Positions 55,219 to 64,000 of a DNA stretch of 64,000 bases are shown piece after piece (positions within the stretch are counted from its first letter, which is position 1; each line of letters starts with the position of its first letter). The stretch comes from Octopus bimaculoides (Eukaryota). The position numbers and the translations under genes were made by a program. The DNA is taken from NCBI RefSeq assembly GCF_001194135.2, contig NC_068990.1, forward strand, positions 7,419,599 to 7,483,598, read 5' to 3'. A model generated the notes under the pieces. That model was not told the DNA's origin. It did no database searches and saw only the letters and a list, made by a program, of their open reading frames with translations.

Positions 55219-56079
55219 TGGTGGTGGCAGTCAGAAGGGAAAGATATTTTATCCTTCGATTGGAGACCTCGCCCGCATTCCTACAACCGATTAATCCTCA
55301 CCGTTATCATCATACAGTCAGATGGATTAAGTTAAAATTCGGAATCACCAATAGATCCCATACTTATTTCTAGCTTGCAGAGTTGTGAGTTAATGCTGGA
55401 TTTACAGAACTCATCTTAACACAATTCATGTGTAACAATCATATTATTTGGTTCCTTACCGATATAGAGAACATCGCCTCAGTGTAAAAGAAATATTTTA
55501 TAAGACATTACTGGTCGTGAAAGATTCTAAGTCTTAAACTTCCTTAGATGTTCAAAATGGTCTAATAAAGATCAACTTTCCGTAGCTTTGTGTTTCTAAT
55601 TAGACACAATTCCTTTTCTGGTCAAAACTTTTAAGTATTTTAAACTTAAAAGTGCCGTGAATGTAAGAGCAAGAGTTCCACGGGGCTCGGAAGGAGAGGA
55701 AGGATCCGAACTGGGTGTTAGACGGATTGGAAATGTTGCAAGCTAAAAAGTCATGTAATTATTTGAAGCAGGAAAGCGGTTGTTCATGGAATGTTTGGTA
55801 GGTGGGAATATTATACCAAGATAAAGGAAATATGATCCACAGAAGTTTCCAAATATAATACAGCAATTACCCACAAGGTTACTGTAGCAGTGTTCATACC
55901 AACACTGGACGCTGGGTGAGAACTGGACTATTGACGTTTACACCCCGAAAACTATTAACGCATACCAGGAATTTCCACATCAAGAATTATGTAGTCCGTG
56001 TCTCCATTTAAAATGACAACAAGGCAGGGTTGTATCCCTATCGTTGCATTGTATCCCCTCGATATCATCTACCCACCTA

Positions 56080-56650
56080 TATCGAAGTTTTTCCATGGAT
56101 CAAGTGTGCATATATGAAGCTGATAATTACTAAAAATACGCACCCAGAAAATTTGTACTATACTCCACAGCAGATCGTCCGAAGAGAAGCTGTATTTGCA
56201 TGAACAAAAAGTCATGCATAACAATATTCGAAGTGACAGCAACATAGATAACCAGAGAAGCTGTCTTGGATTAGCACTCGGAATATTAGCTCTCACTTTG
56301 AAGGAGACATTTTTGCAATACAGGAGTGGAGAATACCCGAAAATACCTGATGTACTTAGGAGATAGAGAGGAAGATATATCCCTAAAATGTAACAACCGA
56401 CGCAGGCTTTGTAGAATTAGCAGTGAGGATGTGACCCACATTATATATAGCTGTACAAAAATGTTATCATGTTATTACCTATGAGATATTAATAAAGAAA
56501 CCCAGCATAACAGACCATAACTGGGACAGAGTAAAGTAACTATACACAATAGTTGAAATCTGCTGTCCAGATGTCAACAGTAAGTTAAAGATTTGTGAGA
56601 AAGTAACATCTGGCAAACGGATGAGAAATCTGCTGTTATTCCATCCAAAT
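56080..56650 (+). mobile_element. Degenerate REL-type (R4/NeSL-like) non-LTR retrotransposon 3' fragment
   Basis: Plus-strand remnants EGDIFAIQE, RLCRISSEDVTHIIYSC (decayed CCHC) and HNRP..WDRVK.LYTIVEICCPDVN (PD..E nuclease motif), with frameshifts. Confidence 0.7.
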
Positions 56651-56891
56651 AATTTGGAACAATACACCTATAATATTTGGAACAATTCGTTTCCTGACTA
56701 ATTACCTCGGAACTTGTTTTGAGAGGTCCAGTTTCACATAACTAGAAAGAAGACAGCTAATCAGAAGATATCAAAAGTACTGATGAAAAAAGTAATTTCC
56801 CAGAAGTTCAGCAGGTAATAAGATTTACATGTATGTATGTATGTATGTATGTATGTATGTATGTATGTATGTATGTCTATACATACATACG

Positions 56892-57037
56892 ACGGGCGTC
56901 TTTCAGTTTCCGTCTAGCAAATCCTCTCACAAGGCCTTGGTCGGCCCGAGGCTAGAGTAGAAGACACGTGCCCAGGTGTCACGCAGGGAGACTGAACTCG
57001 GAACCATGTGGTTGGGAAGGTGGCTTCTTACCACACA
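56892..57037 (-). mobile_element. SINE family C copy
   Basis: Same body as 40092-40205, with the tRNA-like head gtgtggtaagaagc on the reverse strand. Confidence 0.8.
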
Positions 57038-57239
57038 CTTACGTGTGTATGTATATGTATATGTGTGTGCATATGTATGCATGTACAAGTAAGCATATAC
57101 ATACGTGCACATGCATTCGGGTAGAAATAAAGACGTCATTTTATATCTAAATCTTATTACATGCTGAACTTTTGGAACATTACTTATCCCATTACTACTT
57201 TTGGTACCTTCTGATTAGGTGTGTTCCTTCTAGTTTTCA

Positions 57240-57455
57240 ATGTGTATGTGTCTTTGTGTCTGTGTTTGTCTCCTCATCTCCGCTTGACAACCGCTATTGA
57301 TGTGTCTACGTCCCTGTAACTTCGCGGTTCGGCAAAGGGTACCGATAGAATAAGTAGTAGGCTTGTAAATAAGTCCTGGTGTCGATCTGTTCGACTAAAA
57401 TAATTTAAAGTGCTGCTCCAGCATGGCGCGGCAGTCAAAGAATTAAAGTAAAAAG
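57240..57455 (+). mobile_element. SINE family B copy
   Basis: gcttgacaaccgc..tgtctacgtccctgtaacttcgcggttcggcaaag...gctccagcatggc..gcagtcaa. Confidence 0.75.
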
Positions 57456-57494
57456 AAAGAACTTATTAAAAACATATAATATATATATATATAT

Positions 57495-57566
<72 letters not shown>

Positions 57567-58029
57567 TATATAGATATATATGCTAACATACATGCATACT
57601 TGCGTGGGTACAAGGCTACTTGGTTGGTGTAAAATTTCCTAGGAATGAGTAATTGTTTCCAGACTAGAAACCAGCTCTTTCACCATTGGCGAGAAAGACA
57701 TACATACATACATACATACATACATACATACATTCTTCACCATGGGAATATTCCGTGGTATTAATTGCCGATAGGGACCAGCTCTAATTTCTTTTAATTC
57801 GATTAGTTGATTTATATATTTATAACATATTGTGGTAAGTATGATATGTCAAATACATATAGTATCATTAATGGATACACAAATGATAGCAGAGAGTATG
57901 ACACAGATGTAAAATGATACAGTGAGATGAGTATATTAAAAAATAACAATGCTACGGAAAACAGAAAAGCGAGTAATAAATGACACAAAATATCTAACTC
58001 GCCGTTAAACATTTGACAGACACATAGGT

Positions 58030-58248
58030 GCCATCATGGGTGTGCGGTCAAGAAGTTCGCTTTGAAACCCACAGGTGTCAAGTTCTGTCCGACTTAGTAA
58101 CACCTTATGATCCGGTTTGATTATTGGGTGTAGTAGTAAATTTCGTCGACCGAGGGCTTCCGAAGAAGACGTTTGTCCAATATGTAGTATGAACTGAAAA
58201 CCACTTGGTTGGAAAGGGAACTTTATCACACAGCCATGTTTCTACATA
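58030..58248 (+). mobile_element. Old, diverged SINE family C-like copy
   Basis: Plus-strand head tgggtgtgcggtcaagaagttcgctt and a minus-strand head at the other end (aaccacttggttggaaagggaactttatcacacagccatg). The internal structure is uncertain. Confidence 0.4.
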
Positions 58249-58780
58249 AAATTATAAGACCTCTCACGGCAGAGATTCGAACCCTGGTTTCACGTGTGAC
58301 TGCCCCACCCCACACACACATATGTACATATGCATGTATTACGTATGTTTGTGTATCTTTGTATACGTACACACAACTATATAGGTTTTCTCCATGCGTT
58401 GCTTTATATATTAACTCGATCGAAACAAGTTTGTCATTATTTCATTGTCCGTTTAGCTTGTTTATTATTTTTTTTCTGTTCTAAATTTGTTCACTCCTAC
58501 ATGAAATGCAGTGTTTGTTGAATTCATCACAGCTACATCACATCACACTTCATAGGTTATGCGTTTCGAATCCAAGAGCAGGATATTTGCACAAAATGTG
58601 AAATAAACAAAAAACTGTAGTGACGTCTTTGGAATCTCAAAATGCAACCCAAAATGTTGATTATTTCGCTTTTTCGTGAAAGCTATCACACATGTGATCA
58701 GTTGCTGTCCCCAGATCTCATTAAAATACTACCTCCCAATGTGTTAGCATGATATCTCTACCATCAATACATACAAACAC

Positions 58781-58848
<68 letters not shown>

Positions 58849-61339
58849 TTGTGTGCATTCATACANNNNNNNNNNNNNNNNNNNNNNNNNNNNNNNNNNN
58901 NNNNNNNNNNNNNNNNNNNNNNNNNNNNNNNNNNNNNNNNNNNNNNNNNNNNNNNNNNNNNNNNNNNNNNNNNNNNNNNNNNNNNNNNNNNNNNNNNNNN
59001 NNNNNNNNNNNNNNNNNNNNNNNNNNNNNNNNNNNNNNNNNNNNNNNNNNNNNNNNNNNNNNNNNNNNATATATATATATATATATACGTATATATATAT
59101 AACAGATAAAAGCGTAAAGAATATATCTTCTCACTATTGGTCTCCATACCGATTTTAAACTGGCCGTTACGTATTTCTTTCTTTGAATGTTTTACCCAGA
59201 GAAATCGTGCCACTAACTCCTGCTGACGATTTTAAATAAAGGTGGATAGTTTCTCTTCACCTCTCTGGCCGGCTAAAATCAGTGTAGAGCTGTGTGCAGC
59301 GGCTCACTTAGAGATCAACCATAAACCCACGCAACTTACTAAAACTAAGCTATACAAACAATAAATGTCATAAACAATACAGAAATCTAGCTAGAGTACA
59401 TGATATTGTGGTATAGACAGAACATAGAATGGTTCTGAATATCGAAAGAACTAAAAGAACAATACATACGTTCAGAAACAGACAGACGTTAATGTTCCGA
59501 TAATAATACAAAAGTAAGTTAGAATTTATTTATCTGGTACTTTTCAAACAAAGAATGTATTTCAGCAAAATACTTATCGCTGAAGCATTTTGTCTCACTT
59601 CCTCATCCCATTTACTAACTCTACATTTCTCCTAGCAGTCGAGAAAAAAAATCACTAGTGTTCCGTATTCAACAGTTAGATACACCGATTACTTCTATAG
59701 CAATGGAAAATTGTGTATCGATTATCGATGACTAGTCAAGGTAACCAAGACAAGACATCTTTGACTAGCGACATAATTAAAATGATGACATGGACAACGA
59801 AATTCATTTCACTCTTTCTTTATTCATCTGACTTCTTTTGGTTGCGGAACATTTCAGCCTTTTGTTTTGGTTTTTAATCAATTACCATAAAAAAAGTCTT
59901 TATTTTATGATTGTTTTCTTTTATTCCCCCACCCCCAGCTCAACACAATCAGAAAACTTTTAATCTACTGAAATATTACCGACTGGCATGATACGGGGAG
60001 ACTATTGTAAATAAAGTACGGGGATTTATACGCAAACATGCATACAGAAACACGCTCGCGCGCGCACACACATTTGTTTGCACACACACACATTTAAACA
60101 CTCAAACGCGCACTTAGATTATACACATCCACACAGACACAGCTGCATGTGCGTGAATGTATGTGAATGTATGTGAATGGAAGCAAATATACCTCATTCT
60201 AGAGTACGTTTGTGCTTCTATGCTACAGAGTATAGGCTTTTGAGTGCATTTTTTACGCATGGCTACATATGTATGTGAGTTGTACAAGTATGTAAGATTA
60301 TGTTTCTACAATAACTTGTGTGTGTAAGTATGTGTGTGTGTGCGCGTGCTTGTATGTCTACATGTGATTAAGTGTAAGGATACACTGGAATGTCGCTTGG
60401 TGGTTAGTATACTTTAAGCCTATTATAATATCTTCAAGGATCACAAAAGTTAGTGAATGGTGGAAGGCAATTGATAAATGTATTAAGCAACTAACAATTA
60501 TTATACAGAATTGTGTTTTCAGTAATTCAAGTAGTGCTTACATATTGCCGGGTCCTCTTTCTAAATAAAATGACCGATATCCTTCTCTAATCAGCGCTGA
60601 GTGTGTTTAAGACCCAAGAGTACTCGTATGTATGACGTGGAAACAACATGACCAAATGATTAACAAGTTCGAGTGATACTTTGACCGAGTAAGTGTCTGT
60701 TATTAAAGTCTCAGGTCGACCCAAGAAATGTGAGAGGAAAAGGTGGAGCGAAGTACATATGGAAGCCCATCAGATGGATTGTATCTTTAGCGTAAAGGTC
60801 TAGCCTTGTCACACTTCGACATGCTGATTCTGCTTCAGAATTACGTTAAGATTACATATGTATGTGAAATACACAATAATTTACACGTTAAGTCAATGAA
60901 AAGGCAGTTCGGTTAATCAAACATTTGAATACGCATCTTCTGTCTGGGAGAGATCAACTCATGTGAAGAAATTCGATCCAGCGTTGATCACTGGTTACAT
61001 GAAACCCACCAACACGAATGACTTGCACCTCTTCGTTGGCACTAACCCAGCTGAAATCAGGCGGGAAAGGTCTAGGTGATTCGAGGAGACAAAGGCTACT
61101 GATTGCATTGAGTAACTTGTGATGCTTAATTTCATATTTCATGTCATACTAGATTGTTTTTCCTACCCATTATATAGACCTAGATGGATATATGTGCATT
61201 GCATGCGCTTATAGCATTAGTAATAGCAACAGTAGCAGTAGTAGCATCAGAATCAATGGCAGTAGCAGCAGCAGCAGTGGCAGCAGTAGTGGCGGCAGCA
61301 GTAGCAGCAACTGTAGTAGTAGGGTTAGCAGCAACTACC

Positions 61340-61346
61340 GCTGCTT

Positions 61347-61410
<64 letters not shown>

Positions 61411-61471
61411 AACCACCAATACGACGGCTACTACTACTACTACTACTACTACTACCACTACCATCACCACG

Positions 61472-61530
<59 letters not shown>

Positions 61531-61554
61531 CACATCCCCCCCACCACCACCACC

Positions 61555-61610
<56 letters not shown>

Positions 61611-61700
61611 CACATCCCCCCCACCACCACCACCACCACCACCACTACTACTACTACTACCACCGCCACCACTACCACCACCATCACTACTACTACTACT
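61340..61700. repeat. Compound (ACT)n/(ACC)n repeat with an internal higher-order duplication around cacatcccccc
   Basis: Direct reading. The unit (CTA)n-CCACATCCCCC-(CCA)n occurs twice. Confidence 0.9.
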
Positions 61701-62003
61701 AAAAGTGTTAAGTTTTTAAGGTAGCTTAAGTTGATGTTTAGGAATTTAGCATATGTCGAAGTAGAAAATTGCTCAGAATGACTGGAGATAAGAAGAAAGA
61801 ATATAAAGGCTAAAAGCAACAGCATAAAAAAAAAAAATTAGCATTGAGTAAAAATACATAATTTTAGTATTTTAGCACAAAAATAATAATGAAGAAATAG
61901 ATATCAATATATGAAACAACAAAAAATATAAACTAATCGGGAAAGACAGGAGGAGCGTATTCCTTTTACATCCGTCAATGTCTGCCTACCTGTTCATACT
62001 TTT

Positions 62004-62048
<45 letters not shown>

Positions 62049-62311
62049 CACGCACGCACGCATGCAGAAATATCTATCTGTCTATCTATCGATCTATCTA
62101 GAAATCTGTCTACCATGTGTTTTTTTTTCCATAACTTTATGTTTTTTAATTGAAACTTTTCTATTTATAAACATTTTAAACAGTCTTCTTGTACTACAGA
62201 TTACGGTACATTGCTTTTATCAATTTCCAACGTTGACATATGCTAAATTCATAAACCTCAGCTAAGATTTCCAACCGCTTACTTTGTGCCATAACAGTAA
62301 AAACAACTGCA

Positions 62312-62373
<62 letters not shown>

Positions 62374-62424
62374 CACTACTACTACTACTACTACCACTAC
62401 TATCCCTAAACACTAGTACATTCA

Positions 62425-62629
62425 TCTATTGAGGCACTCTTGGCGGTCGGGGAGACCAGGATGTTTGGGGTTCCTTCGTTGGCCCTTGGTGGAATTCCCC
62501 TTTAGGAGAATTTTATTGTCTAATTATTGTTGTTAATTGTTATTATTTTTATTGAATACACATAAGTTTTGTATTGTCCCTATTTGTTTTGTGTCCAGCT
62601 CCTGTGGTCAATAAAGAAAAGATTATTAT
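62425..62629 (+). mobile_element. Probable 3' UTR/tail of a different LINE-like element
   Basis: GC-richer segment, then a T-rich stretch ending tgtggtcAATAAAgaaaagattattat (polyA-like signal plus ATT tail). Resemblance to octopus LINE 3' ends is recalled, not verified. Confidence 0.4.
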
Positions 62630-63640
62630 CTTTCAGCTTATTTTGCTTGGTATGAGGGTAAGTGTCAGCTGTCCACTGCCAGCAGACTAAGGTGACACTT
62701 GTTTACTGGTCATGCTTCAAGAAGCCTGCGAAGAATTCTTGCAGTTCCGAACAATGCTGATTTTTGCAGGTGTTCTACCTTTACATTTGTACCAATCTTT
62801 TTGAGCCATGTTCGTAGCTGAGTGCTGATACTTCCAAGTGCCCCATGTCTATTCTCTTTATTGACCACAACCTTCATATTTCACATTTCAAATCATCATA
62901 GTTGTTGAGTTTTTCTTCTTCCTTCTCTTTGATCCTGTTGTCACCGGACATGTTATGCCGATTACCATGCATGCTCTTTCTTTCTTTTTTTTTCACCACA
63001 ACAATGTCCAGTTTCCGATGTCTGGTCAGGTGATCATACTGAATCATTGCATCCTACAGAAATTTGCAATTTTCATTCTCGGTGACTCCTTCTGAGGTTT
63101 TCTCATATCATGTCATTGCTCTTTGTAGGCCGTAATTTCTGCAGGGTTCCCTATGGATCATTCTTAGTACATTGTCATGGCGCTTTTTATATTCTCGTTG
63201 TGCCAATTTCGGGCATTCGCTAATTATGTGCCATACTGTTTCACCCCTCTCACCACACATTCTGCATTTGTCGCTGTCAGTAGTGTTATCGATTCTGCAC
63301 TTCCTTATCTCTTGTTCTTGAGCCGCGCATATAAGTGCTTCTGTCTTTATTTCAGGTCACTCCTCGACATCCATAGCCACCAGTCTTCTGAATCTGTCTT
63401 GGCGTTGGTATCTGACAGTACATTTTTTTGTCCTTCCATGCTGTATCTTTTTTTTGTGTTCTTTTGCTCCTCTAAATTTTTTTTCTTAACACAATTATCA
63501 GTTTTAATGACGCCGGACTTCTTCACATGTTTCAACAATGGTTCCATTGGTATTTTTACACACCATCCTAAGCTGTGTGCATACCATCCTAGGTTCTGTG
63601 CACTCTCAATATTCTTCATGTCTTCGTATCCATGTTCATC
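62625..63640 (-). mobile_element. 3' portion of a degenerate R4/Dong-like non-LTR retrotransposon (CCHC knuckle plus REL endonuclease)
   Basis: Minus strand encodes WLWMSRSDLK, CRMCGERGETVWHIISEC (C-x2-C-x8-H-x4-C), HRKLDIV (PD-type) and a terminal LQKSALFGTARILRRLLEA*, followed by a short ataataat tail. Confidence 0.85.
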
Positions 63641-63644
63641 AGGT

Positions 63645-63783
63645 CCTTCTTGCGTCTACCAAATCCACTGACAAGGCATTGGTCGGCCTTCTATAGTAGA
63701 AGACACTTGCCCAAGGTGCTACACAGTGGAACTGAACCCGAAACTATGTGATTGAAAAGCAAGCTTCTTACCACACAACCACA
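63645..63783 (-). mobile_element. SINE family C copy
   Basis: Head gtggttgtgtggtaagaagcttgc, B-box ttcgggttcagttcc and CORE-like caccttgggcaagtgtc on the minus strand. Confidence 0.8.
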
Positions 63784-64000
63784 TCGAGAGAGAGAGGGAG
63801 AGAGAGAGATGATTAATAGAAAATAGATTGAATGACATTATTTATTTAAAAACACTACAAGTGTTTCCACTTATCGTTACACCGGCAGTACATTGACGAG
63901 GTGATATAATTAACGTATGTTGTAATCACTATCTTCCATCAAAGATGAAAGAAGTGTTTTTGATGTGATTATTTAAAAAAAAGTCTTTCGTTAGATCATA

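Noticed and set aside
50976-56650. The two plus-strand REL-type fragments as one interrupted element
   Set aside because: Their order is reversed: the C-terminal piece lies upstream of the CCHC/PD piece, so they are separate insertions.
59130-59330. Possible TH promoter or first exon (TATTTAAA followed by TTAGT on the minus strand)
   Set aside because: TATA-Inr spacing is short, there is no donor or TH-like coding sequence downstream, and such motifs are common in AT-rich DNA.

Overview
AT-rich, microsatellite-saturated, gap-containing (N-run) animal genomic DNA. The SINE families and repeat landscape point to a coleoid cephalopod, most likely Octopus (inference). The window lies inside one large minus-strand gene, tyrosine hydroxylase (TH). 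I located seven coding exons with AG/GT boundaries that splice in frame: 39400-39586, 30935-31023, 27829-27860 (cut by an assembly gap), 27522-27572, 15982-16127, 13878-14013 and 12873-12999. They encode the distal ACT regulatory domain through the iron-binding HELLGH motif. I did not find the N-terminal exons or the last three exons, so they lie outside the window or in gaps, and the gene probably exceeds 64 kb. The introns hold decayed mobile elements: three tRNA-derived SINE families, R4/Dong-like REL-endonuclease retrotransposon remnants, a CR1-like RT remnant, mariner/Tc1/pogo fragments and MITEs, a Penelope-like fold-back and a Helentron/HINE-like element. Almost all ORFs in the supplied track are microsatellite or N-gap artefacts. 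I see no convincing new multi-gene system. The best leads are three long fold-back structures in the TH pre-mRNA (candidate dsRNA/A-to-I editing substrates), a mixed TH-type/TPH-type intron pattern, unusual substitutions in this TH, intronic CRE and NBRE+AP-1 motif clusters, and a candidate antisense exon.
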